Source of the DNA: Balanoglossus misakiensis
Taxonomy: Eukaryota > Animalia > Hemichordata
Length of the DNA stretch: 64,000 nucleotides
Direction of reading: 5' to 3'
Assembly: GCA_040954595.2 (NCBI GenBank)
Contig: CM082593.2
Coordinates: forward strand, 9,061,200-9,125,199
Shown: piece after piece, positions 52,767-64,000 of the stretch
Numbering within the stretch: position 1 is the stretch's first letter
How the letters are laid out: each line of letters opens with the position of its first letter
Notes under the pieces: generated by a model
What the model was told of the DNA's origin: nothing
Database searches by the model: none
What the model saw: only the letters and a program-made list of their open reading frames with translations
Translations under genes and position numbers: made by a program

Positions 52767-54090
52767 TTTTTTTTTATCTTTTATTAAAAAGGACAGGCCC
52801 ACTGGCTTGCCATGTTAAAATAGATTGTAAATTACAAGTAGCTTGTAATTACAGTGAAAGATTCATATTAAATAAATTCCATAAATTCTCAACATGTTAC
52901 ACTACTAATGCAAATCATTACAATATTGATGAAAAAACATACACCGGAATGAATGTATGTGTAATCAAAGTATTTAACATAAACAATCTTTAAATTCACA
53001 ATATTGCATTACAGCATTCCATCATTATTGTGAGTCCTATACTCCAATCTGTCACAGAATTGTGACATACAATTTAATAACAGGAACAATTAACAGTAAA
53101 AAAGATGGTATAACTCCAGAGGGCGCCAGGTTCAAATGAAGGTGACAAAATAGAGAAAAAGACTGTTTAAAATTGTAAGGTAAAGTCAAAATCTTTTACC
53201 GTTACAAGTATATTGTTTTGTGCTAAAATGCTTTCAAGTAGCGCAACATCATCACTTGCTTTGCACCTGTTATATTCAAAAGTGATTTTCTGTTTTAATT
53301 TGTACTTAAAGAACTTGATCAAGTCGATTTTCCGAGTACAACGCTTGTATGCTAATCTTCTACTATGAATTGTATAACGTGAAAGTGTCAATAAAATATT
53401 GATCAGCGTGTACTCGTACTTGTCATTCTTGACAGTATAACCAAATAACATCATTAGAATTCTATCTGTTGGATTAAACTTATTTACATTACTGGCACTG
53501 TAGATATACTCAAAAACAAGCTGCCACAAGGATTGAATTGTCTGGCAGCACACAAACAAATGGTACACGTCTTCGGGAAAAAAATGTGCGGAAGTCACAA
53601 GTCGGACTGAGGATTTTGCCTGCTTTGTAAAGACGAAGATTACTAAAAACAGCGTTGTGACAAATGAGATAATCCAGATCAGCCACGTAATTATCCTTGA
53701 AATTTGTGTATGCGATTGGCCAAACCTTACTAAAAATCAAAGTTTGGCAGGTGGAAAAGCCAATACTGAACACCCGTGGGCACTGTTTTTCTCAGATGCC
53801 GAGCTATTGTAGTAATGTGTCTAACCTTAAGAGAATGGAAAGGAACACGTTGATCATGAGCATTAACAATAAAGAGAGACGGGTTTTTGTCCACTTTGTT
53901 ATAATCTTTGTAATTACCCTTCAGAATATCATGCCACTTTTGAGGAATTGAATTGAGGATAATCTGGTACTGCTTCTCAACAGTATTACTTGTGGGAGTG
54001 TCAGGATGGGCCAATGAAACCATGTCACCAATTGCATCAACAGGTAGGAACCCAGGATTGACCTCGTATAACAAATCCCTGATTTTGACA
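52767..54090 (-). mobile_element. Second, 5'-truncated and diverged copy of the same Tx1-like LINE
   Basis: Aligns to 43112-44433 with scattered substitutions; T9 tail at 52767-52775. Confidence 0.92.
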
Positions 54091-54192
54091 GCGGTGCAAA
54101 TAAGAGTTCCCTGCACCAGAGCGGTGCGAATAAGAGTTCCCTGCCCCCGCATGATCTGACCGTTCTTTATTCACTCCTCGGCGACAAAAAAA
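54089..54192. repeat. Satellite remnant, block 3
   Basis: gcggtgcaaataagagttccctgcacc...cactcctcggcgacaaaaa. Confidence 0.85.
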
Positions 54193-54193
54193 C

Positions 54194-54412
54194 TTAGGTG
54201 TACAATGGTATTATAATTCCCTGTGACCACCCTGCTGGGAAGTTACCCGTATCAAAGATGTTGTTAAACAGCTTATTAATGATAGGTAGCATTGTGGGTA
54301 TAGAGCATTTGAAAAATTCGGCTGGTATTCCATCTGGGCCCAGGGCTTTACCATTTTTCAGATCTAAAACTGCTTTCATAATTATTTCCCTGTCAGTAAT
54401 ATTTGAATTCAT
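54194..54412 (-). pseudogene. Fragment of an unrelated LINE reverse transcriptase
   Basis: LKNGKALGPDGIPAEFFK...LFNNIFDTGNFPAGWSQGIIIPLY. Confidence 0.8.
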
Positions 54413-55204
54413 ATATCTAAGAAATCGTCTTCGTCATTTCAGTCTACAAACTGTACATGTTTATCCCCGGGTAATACATTTTGGGCATTATTTAATTGTG
54501 TGAAATATTCAACCCAGGGAAAGGATTTAATCGCTTAGCCATAAACGCGCCTTCTGAATAATAAGAGATCATCTCCAAACCCTTTGTTCCGTAGATAAGC
54601 CTAATTCGGGATGAAAACTAACGAAGGAAGACCCTGCCCTAACTCCCCTTTAAACCAACAAATTCACACCGGGTTAGTTTTATTTCTTTCATATTTGAAT
54701 GAGAATTAAAATGCCGTAGAAAAACATACTTTCTGGGATCGGGAACGTTCCATTCTCGCCCCACCAGACTACGGATTTCTTTCGTTTCACAATCGAAATC
54801 ACGTACTCTGGTTAAAATGGAGTACCGCGCTGGTATTTGAACATATTGGTAATGCATATTCATGAATGACATCATTATAATCTGGCCAATCAAAGCCCGT
54901 CTCTCAAGGAGAGCTGGGACAAGAGCACTTCCACTCCAAAAAAAATGCGTGAATGGGATGTTACAAGCAATCTGATTGGTTGTTGGATGTACTATGAAAG
55001 CGCCTAGACCAAATACTGAATACATGGCCGTATTATACCACGGCCTTTTTGCGGGGAGCAGAGCGCTGCCGTAAAAGGGCCGTGGTTTGCGACGATGGAA
55101 CTAAACGTTCAAAAGCTCCGTAGTATATACCCCAAGAGGGCGCCGTTGTTGACCTTCGACCCATTGCCTTTGACTCGGAAGGCGTCTTTGTTGTAAACAC
55201 ATGC

Positions 55205-55459
55205 GTGACATGCAGGCTAGCGAATCTGCCAGTTTGTTTTAATGACACATTTTTCTGTCGTCAACTCCAATGTCGCCTTTCCTATGGACGTTACTTGGCC
55301 AGTGTTCGTTACACAACCAGGACGGTGTCATATTTCTCTCAAAGAATAGCGGAAATCATGCGAAGCCAAGGAGTGAGCAACCAGCTGTTTTCTGCAAGTC
55401 ATGGGTTCAGACCCCACACACTGTCCACCATCACTATTCCTATATACAGATTTGGCAGA
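55205..55459 (+). CDS. ELAC2: RNase Z long form (ELAC2-like) exon 1; frameshift near 55388-55392; start uncertain
   Basis: From 55389 the frame reads FLQVMGSDPTHCPPSLFLYTDLA then GA|gtgagt (phase 2). This joins exon 2 as LYTDLAECRYLINCGEGTQR. In-frame TGA upstream at 55374. Confidence 0.6.
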
Positions 55460-55939
55460 GTGAGTATTGAAACATTACAGTATTTAGTGTGTTTCTAGAT
55501 ATCACAGATAGTTTTCACGACTTAGTGTGTGCGTAGAATCACATTCGTCGAAATAACGCTGCTGTAGTCCCCCGATTCAGTCCGTAAACAAGGTAAGCTT
55601 GAGCCATGGACGATCGACAATCAGTTTCCCCTGAGAAATTCACCGTATCACAACTCAGTAACTGGGGCCGACTGATGCTCCATACATTAAAGTTCATGAC
55701 TACTCACACCAATTGCAAAATATCAATGTTAAGGCGTGCTTTCAGAGAATAGTCAACCAGAAAATCGACAACAATTGATGACCTCATGTGACCTTTACCA
55801 TTTGAATCAGGCGACCACTGCAGTGTGATTCCGACGTTTGTCGGTAGAACACAGGGAGCTCTTCCTTCTTGTTTGTAGTGTGTGTGCGCGACAACAATAT
55901 GTATGTTTTCAAATATGGTCATTTGTCTTGTTCAGGAAT

Positions 55940-56900
55940 CTGGACAAAGGGCTCAAGAAATCCTTGCTAAACAAGGGAAAAAAACTGTGCACAATATTAA
56001 AAGATATCTGAGTCAGTTTAAAAACATAGACATACAGCTAGCTCTACGAATTTTCGACTGCAAAATTCTTCCAATACTTATGTACGGTAGTGAAGTATGG
56101 GGTTTTCATGAGGATAAGGATGTTGAAAAAATTCTAATAGATTTCTTTAAATATATACTCAAGGTTAGTTCAAGGTCAACCAATTAAGCTGTCTTGGGAG
56201 AACTTAGCAGACAATCTTTGAAAATGCTTCGTCTACCACACATTATTAAATACTGGGTAAAATTAATTCATAGCGACAATTATAGATATACTAAGCAGTG
56301 TTATGTGTGGGTTTTTTTTCTATTTAATGTCTGTGTGTTGGCTGTAGCTTTGTATATACTTGTCCTTTTTTATATGAGCTGGCTCTCGATGACAAATAAA
56401 TAATAATAATAATAATAATTACCAACATGAAATGGCAGACAAATGTTATCACTGTTGGGCCAAAAAGGTCAAAGACCTTTTGTGTACCTTTGAATTTGGT
56501 ATTGCTTGGGAGTCACAGGCTGTGGGAAACGAATGTCTTTTTCTTTCAAATTTTAAACAAAGATGCCTGGATATTGGTCAGCAGGTATGGCACAGTGAAT
56601 TGGTCAATTCCACTAAGATGGATTCGTATCGTTTATTTACAAATAATTGTCTTTTGAAAAATATTTGAATTGTGTAAATATTGAGCTATTTAGAGTCACC
56701 CTTTATAAATTTAGAATTTCAAACCACAAGTATTAATAGAGAGTGGTCGTTTTGAAGGGTTACCAAGAGAAAACAGAATTAGTCAGTTTTGTACTTTACA
56801 GCAAGTTGAAACGGAATTTCATTTTTGTCTTATTTGTCCCATCTACATGGAATTAAGAACACGTTTTCTCTCACTGTTCTACTATCAGCAACCTTCATAA
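55940..56900 (+). pseudogene. 3' fragment of an RTE-X/Daphne-like LINE ORF inside the ELAC2-like intron
   Basis: IFDCKILPILMYGSEVWG, AVLGEL, IIKYWVKL, WAKKVKDLL, FRISNH, ETEFHF.LICP; stops and frameshifts. Confidence 0.75.
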
Positions 56901-56901
56901 T

Positions 56902-57537
56902 GATAGCACAATTTTAGGGGTACTCATACAGTTAAAAAAATAAATATTTCAGGATCTCAGAAAGCTGCAGAAAAATTCAAACATTTAGTCTTACAAAGTA
57001 GGGTACAGGCTATACAACGATTACATGACCGACAAGGTCAGTGGTCAAGTTCAGACTTGGGGTCAAAGTGAAAATTTCGCTATTTTTTGCATATTGATCA
57101 TACACATAGTTTTGATTTACCGGAAAAAGGTTTGCTCAAGGACAGGGAGCAAGGAATATTAGCTTTAAAAAAATAGGCTGATTTTCGTCTTTGGTGGTAA
57201 TTTATATGAAAATTTCGTTACCATAACAATGAATAGAAGATTTCGCGAAATTACCAAAAAATAAGTAACTTGCTATATCTTTGCTACCAATTAAGCTTGA
57301 GATAAAATATAAACACTCAACCTTATAATGTCCGCTGCGAGCTATTGATTGCTACCTTGAACTTAATGGTTCAAGGTCAAGGTCATCCTCAAATTTCAGG
57401 TCAAAGTGACAAAATGGGCATTATGGATTTTTGTTCTAAATGACACTTTACGGCGAGCTTTTACCAAACATTGTTTGGGTCTAGAATGATCTTATTTGAT
57501 CTGCAGATAGAGATGTGTATTGTTTACAAAGATTTTA
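56902..57537 (+). repeat. Isolated copy of the internal repeat found at 62277-62935 and ~63010-63580
   Basis: Shared ggggtactcatacagttaaaaaa...acatgaccgacaaggtcag...gtattgtttacaaagatttta. Confidence 0.8.
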
Positions 57538-58085
57538 GATGCAAATTGGACAAAACACTTCTAGATACTAAGAATTATTATACACCTACTGCTGTAACCT
57601 ATGGAGTTCCGTAATACAATAATTCGCGGTATCACTGTACAATAATTATTCAAATGAGGACGCGGAGTCCAATAACACCAGGGTTATACGCATTGTGAGA
57701 GGACTGGTGATCAATGTAAACAATGATGATATTAACCCTACTCTGTAAAAAATGTATATAAAAAGTACACAGCCGTTATTAAACAAAATTATTGATGACC
57801 CAAGATGCGAAATAAGTCAAAATCCATGCTGAAATTTCAGTCGAAGGAATCTGTGAACGAACAGGCAGGCGCGTTCATTTCAAGTTCCAGAACGAGCTCA
57901 ACGCAAGCAGTGTAGAACGTCGCGCGCGAGACAGGCAGTTCGACACTAGCATCACCTGATGCGCGTGGTCAAGGCGCGTTCGATATGCAAATTATTTCAC
58001 GGCGGTGTCTGAAAACTAGAAAGTCCGATAGCGGCCAATTAACTCTTTATCGTTCATGAAGAACGTTCAGAAAAGGTGTATAATA

Positions 58086-58229
58086 ATAAGGTTATTCACA
58101 AAATACCGGGATTTATGTCCTCGTACATCGTACGCTTCGGTATTGTCCTCGACGCTGCGCGTCTCGGACAATACCTGCGCTGCACGATGTACGAGGACAT
58201 AAATCCGGGTATTTTGTGAATAACCTTAT
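58086..58229. mobile_element. Small palindromic MITE
   Basis: ataaggttattcacaaaatacc.ggatttatgtcctcgtacatcgt...acgatgtacgaggacataaatcc.ggtattttgtgaataaccttat. Confidence 0.8.
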
Positions 58230-58266
58230 ATTATGAGAGAACCTGACATTATGTCTGATATATTAA

Positions 58267-58762
58267 AGGCACATAAGCTGTAACTTTCGGGATAATTTTT
58301 GTTTTAAACTGCACTACCATTAGTCCATGCAGATGAAGGCAAAGAACTATACGCAAGCATTATAAACCCTAAATATGAGTGCATATGCAAGTTTTAACCA
58401 GATAAATAATAAAGCTTTGCCGCAAGCGATTATGGCTGCCACCGTGGGAAAATGCAAAAAACAACGAAAATGTTGCATTTCCGGTTATGAAACTTTATAA
58501 ACAAAACATGATCTCATCCACTTGAGCTCATGGAAGATAATGTTCACCGCTGAGACATTGTATATTTCCTTTTTCATTCCAATATTGCACTTTTTTAAAA
58601 ATTGCAGGAATTTTCGTTTTTATTGAATTTTCGGCCATTTTGTCATAAATAAGTGTTGAGCTTGATATATTATCATGTAATATCATTTAATGGACATGAT
58701 TAAAAGCATATGTGAGATTATTTAAAACTTTACTTTTTTATCCAGTTGCAGCTCATGTGCCT
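58267..58762. mobile_element. Kolobok-like MITE with TTAA TSD
   Basis: ttaa|aggcacataagctgtaact...agttgcagctcatgtgcct|ttaa (17/19 TIR match). Confidence 0.75.
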
Positions 58763-61700
58763 TTAAGCTTTCAGAGAGTAAACTCACAAGAATACTGCAA
58801 ATGACTAGTTCAATTAAATCATGCAGTGTTACTGTGAAGTCCATTATATACTTTATGATGCAACTGTAAAACAATTTTCAAACCAAAAATAATAGGTGAC
58901 AAATCTAATTTGACAATAGCCTTCCCTTGTGATAGTTTTTCAAAGACCAAAAAAGGCTTTGACACATGGTACATAAATTTTGTTGTTCTAGGTGTCGTTA
59001 TCTGATCAACTGTGGTGAAGGAACACAGAGAATGATGATGCAACATGGGTAAGTCAATCTTTCGGATGGTAAAGAATTATCTATTATCACAATCTGATTC
59101 AAATCAAATGTAGGGTACCTTGACATCTTTTACTTTATGCTGTAGGGTATTCTTCTGCTGTTGCCTCATCCCACAAGTAAAAGATGTCACCGTACCCTAC
59201 ATCTGCTTTTAAGCAGATTGCTAGAGTCAGTCTTATTATGAAGTCTTGTTGATTCCATGTACCACTTGAGCTCATGGAAGATAATGTACACCGCTGAGAC
59301 ATTGTATATTTCCTTTTTCATTCCAATATTGCACTTTTTTAAAAATTGCAGGAATTTTCGTTTTTATTGAATTTTCGGCCATTTTGTCATAAATAAGTGT
59401 TGAGCTTGATATATTATCATGAAATATCATTTAATGGACATGATTAAAAGCATATGTGAGATTATTTAAAACTTTACTTTTTTATCCAGTTGCAGCTCAT
59501 GTGCCTTTAAGCTTTCAGAGAGTAAACTCACAAGAATACTGCAAATGACTAGTTCAATTAAATCATGCAGTGTTACTGTGAAGTCCATTATATACTTTAT
59601 GATGCAACTGTAAAACAATTTTCAAACCAAAAATAATAGGTGACAAATCTAATTTGACAATAGCCTTCCTTTGTGATAGTTTTTCAAAGACCAAAAAAGG
59701 CTTTGACACATGGTACATAAATTTTGTTGTTCTAGGTGTCGTTATCTGATCAACTGTGGTGAAGGAACACAGAGAATGATGATGCAACATGGGTAAGTCA
59801 ATCTTTCGGATGGTAAAGAATTATCTATTATCACAATCTGATTCAAATCAAATGTAGGGTACCTTGACATCTTTTACTTTATGCTGTAGGGTATTCTTCT
59901 GCTATTGCCTCATCCCACAAGTAAAAGATGTCACCGTACCCTACATCTACTTTTAAGCAGATTGCTAGAGTCAGTCTTATTATGAAGTCTTGTTGATTCC
60001 ATGTACCACTTGAGCTCATGGAAGATAATGTACACCGCTGAGACATTGTATATTTCCTTTTTCATTCCAATATTGCACTTTTTTAAAAATTGCAGGAATT
60101 TTCGTTTTTATTGAATTTTCGGCCATTTTGTCATAAATAAGTGTTGAGCTTGATATATTATCATGAAATATCATTTAATGGACATGATTAAAAGCATATG
60201 TGAGATTATTTAAAACTTTAATTTTTTATCCAGTTGCAGCTCATGTGCCTTTAAGCTTTCAGAGAGTAAACTCACAAGAATACTGCAAATGACTAGTTCA
60301 ATTAAATCATGCAGTGTTACTGTGAAGTCCATTATATACTTTATGATGCAACTGTAAAACAATTTTCAAACCAAAAATAATAGGTGACAAATCTAATTTG
60401 ACAATAGCCTTCCTTTGTGATAGTTTTTCAAAGACCAAAAAAGGCTTTGACACATGGTACATAAATTTTGTTGTTCTAGGTGTCGTTATCTGATCAACTG
60501 TGGTGAAGGAACACAGAGAATGATGATGCAACATGGGTAAGTCAATCTTTCGGATGGTAAAGAATTATCTATTATCACAATCTGATTCAAATCAAATGTA
60601 GGGTACCTTGACATCTTTTACTTTATGCTGTAGGGTATTCTTCTGCTGTTGCCTCATCCCACAAGTAAAAGATGTCACCGTACCCTACATCTGCTTTTAA
60701 GCAGATTGCTAGAGTCAGTCTTATTATGAAGTCTTGTTGATTCCATGTACCACTTGAGCTCATGGAAGATAATGTACACCGCTGAGACATTGTATATTTC
60801 CTTTTTCATTCCAATATTGCACTTTTTTAAAAATTGCAGGAATTTTCGTTTTTATTGAATTTTCGGCCATTTTGTCATAAATAAGTGTTGAGCTTGATAT
60901 ATTATCATGAAATATCATTTAATGGACATGATTAAAAGCATATGTGAGATTATTTAAAACTTTAATTTTTTATCCAGTTGCAGCTCATGTGCCTTTAAGC
61001 TTTCAGAGAGTAAACTCACAAGAATACTGCAAATGACTAGTTCAATTAAATCATGCAGTGTTACTGTGAAGTCCATTATATACTTTATGATGCAACTGTA
61101 AAACAATTTTCAAACCAAAAATAATAGGTGACAAATCTAATTTGACAATAGCCTTCCTTTGTGATAGTTTTTCAAAGACCAAAAAAGGCTTTGACACATG
61201 GTACATAAATTTTGTTGTTCTAGGTGTCGTTATCTGATCAACTGTGGTGAAGGAACACAGAGAATGATGATGCAACATGGGTAAGTCAATCTTTCGGATG
61301 GTAAAGAATTATCTATTATCACAATCTGATTCAAATCAAATGTAGGGTACCTTGACATCTTTTACTTTATGCTGTAGGGTATTCTTCTGCTGTTGCCTCA
61401 TCCCACAAGTAAAAGATGTCACCGTACCCTACATCTGCTTTTAAGCAGATTGCTAGAGTCAGTCTTATTATGAAGTCTTGTTGATTCCATGTACCACTTG
61501 AGCTCATGGAAGATAATGTACACCGCTGAGACATTGTATATTTCCTTTTTCATTCCAATATTGCACTTTTTTAAAAATTGCAGGAATTTTCGTTTTTATT
61601 GAATTTTCGGCCATTTTGTCATAAATAAGTGTTGAGCTTGATATATTATCATGAAATATCATTTAATGGACATGATTAAAAGCATATGTGAGATTATTTA

Positions 61701-62121
61701 AAACTTTAATTTTTTATCCAGTTGCAGCTCATGTGCCTTTAAGCTTTCAGAGAGTAAACTCACAAGAATACTGCAAATGACTAGTTCAATTAAATCATGC
61801 AGTGTTACTGTGAAGTCCATTATATACTTTATGATGCAACTGTAAAACAATTTTCAAACCAAAAATAATAGGTGACAAATCTAATTTGACAATAGCCTTC
61901 CCTTGTGATAGTTTTTCAAAGACCAAAAAAGGCTTTGACACATGGTACATAAATTTTGTTGTTCTAGGTGTCGTTATCTGATCAACTGTGGTGAGGGAAC
62001 ACAGAGAATGATGATGCAACATGGGTAAGTCAATCTTTCGGATGGTAAAGAATTATCTATTATCACAATCTGATTCAAATCAAATGTAGGGTACCTTGAC
62101 ATCTTTTACTTTATGCTGTAG
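58518..62121 (+). repeat. 744-bp tandem repeat, ~4.8 copies, each carrying ELAC2-like exon 2
   Basis: ccacttgagctcatggaag at 58518, 59262, 60006, 60750 and 61494. The last unit is cut at 62121. Confidence 0.97.
58992..59048 (+). CDS. ELAC2: ELAC2-like exon 2 (57 nt); further copies at 59736-59792, 60480-60536, 61224-61280, 61968-62024
   Basis: ttttgttgttctag|...|gtaagt. Encodes CRYLINCGEGTQRMMMQH, matching the RNase Z N-terminal RYLFNCGEGxQR motif; phase 2-2. Confidence 0.8.
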
Positions 62122-64000
62122 TAGTCCATGGGCCAGAGACCGAAACCCTCCCCCCCCCCTGAGGATTTTTGCAGACATATATTTTTGGAAAGCCTATTTA
62201 TCCAGCTGTCAGAATCAGGTTGTTTGCACTCATATTAATGGTGGGTGTGGCCGTGAGGAGCGGTTGTCATGGTAACGATAGCATAATTTTAGGGGTACTC
62301 ATACAGTTAAAAAATGATATATTTCAGGATCTGAGAAAGCTAGAGAAAAAATTTAAACATTGGGTCTTATAAAGTAGGGGACGGGCTATCCAATGATTAC
62401 ATGACCGACAAGGTCAGAGGTCAAGTTCATCTTCAAAACGCGGGGTCAAAGTAAAAATTTCGCTATTTTTTGCACATCGATCATACATAGTTTCGATTTA
62501 CTGGAAAACGGTTTGCTCGAGGAGGCTGTAAATTGGTCATCAGGTAGCATGGAACATTAGGTTTATGAAAAATAAGCTGATTCACGTCTTTGATATTAAG
62601 TTATATTAAAATTCTGTTACCATAACGACGGATAGCAGATTTTGCGAAAATCACAAAAATAAGAATCCTGCTATATCTTTGCTACCAATTAAGCTTTAGA
62701 TAAAATTTAAACACTCAAACTTATAATGTCGGGTGCGATCTTTTCATTGCTAACTTGAACTTTGGGGTTCAAGGTCAAGGTCATCCTCAAAGTTCAGGTC
62801 AAAGTGACAAAATGGACATTATGGATTTTTGTTCAAAATGACATTTTACGGCGAGCGTTTACTAAACACTGTTTGGGTCTAGAATGCTATAATTTGATCT
62901 CCAGATAGAGATGTGTATTGTTTACAAAGATTTTAATTTGTTTTGCTGTTTACATATACTTAATATGCAAAACCTGCTGTTTTAATGACAACAAAATGAA
63001 TGGTAGGAATAGCAAGAGTACTCATACAGTTCAAATGAGATATTTCATGTTCTTAGAATGCTAGAGATAAAATTCAAACATTCAGTCTTATAAAGTAGGG
63101 TACGGGCTATCCAATGATTACATGACCGACAAGGTCAGAGGTCAAGTTCATCTTCAAAACGCGGGGTCAAAGTAAAAATTTCGCTTTTTGGCATATCGAT
63201 CATACACAGTTTTGATTTACTGGAAAACGGTTTGCTCGAGGAGGCTGTAAATTGGTCATCAGGTAGCAAGGAATATTAGCTTTAAGAAAAATAGGCCTAT
63301 TTTCGTCTTTGGTTGTAATTTATATTAAAATTCTGTAACCATAACGACGGATAGAAGATTTTGCGAAATTCCCCAAAATAAGAAACTTGCTATATCTTTG
63401 CTACCAATTAAGCTTTAGATAAAATTTAAACACTCAAACTTGTATTGTCGGATGCGAGCTTTTGATTGCTAAATTGAACTTTGGGGTTCAAGGTCAAGGT
63501 CATCCTCAAATTTCGGTTCAAAATGACATTTTACGCCGAGCGTTTACTACACTGTTGGGATCTAGAATGCTATAATTTTGTATATTTTGATATTTTAAAT
63601 TTTAAGTTCAGGGTCACCTTCAAAAGATGGGGTCAAAATTCAATATCCCAACTCTAATTAGTGTTGCAGATCTCCCCAGAAAAAAACGAACCCTCTGACT
63701 TGGCCATACAACATTTTGTGTCATACACCATTTTAAAGTTAAGTTCTGAGAGTTTGAAAATGCTTGATGACATTTTCAATTCCCATGGCGAGCTGATGAT
63801 TTCAAGATTTAGTAAAATTGGTATATTTCTTGAAATATGCGAACGTGCATTTGCAATTGCTATAAAGGGACATACATTATCAGCATGCTTTTACTGTAAA
63901 AATACTATATTCAACTTATATTGTGGCCATTCTATGGTATTTCAGTTTAAATATGTACAAAGTTTTATCATATTTAGCACATTCTTATCAAGATGATTTC
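62122..64000. mobile_element. Insertion starting TAGTCC (possibly Academ-like) with internal ~730-bp repeats; runs off the window
   Basis: Abruptly interrupts the 744-bp unit after atgctgtag. Begins tagtccatgggccagagacc-C-run. Internal duplication at 62277 and ~63010. Confidence 0.5.

Noticed and set aside
58819-62022. Repeated 75-aa minus-strand ORF (MLHHHSLCS...)
   Set aside because: Antisense to the real 57-nt exon and its flanking intron; recurs only because the unit repeats.

Overview
Repeat-rich metazoan (invertebrate-type) genomic DNA with spliceosomal introns; no prokaryotic genes, rRNA, CRISPR or true tRNA are supported. (1) A decayed minus-strand Helentron (OTU protease, Rep/HUH, Pif1 helicase, APE endonuclease) runs from its hairpin terminus at about 41.86 kb down to at least 2.96 kb. 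(2) Its helicase is split by a ~30-kb insert. The insert looks like an IS3EU-like DNA transposon carrying an intact 3-exon DDE transposase and a convergent, intact 8-exon HECT E3-ligase gene. The ligase promoter and exon 1 are amplified 5x in ~3.03-kb units, and exons 5-8 are duplicated in ~3.98-kb units. (3) A ~500-bp satellite with a tRNA-like A-box/B-box core spans 41.9-54.2 kb; two Tx1-like LINE copies have their 3' ends within about 3 nt of the same monomer position. (4) The 5' part of an RNase Z (ELAC2-like) gene follows, with its 57-nt symmetric exon 2 repeated five times in a 744-bp tandem array. Many MITEs and LINE fragments are interspersed. All coordinates, exon structures and family calls come from manual reading and motif recognition, not database searches.
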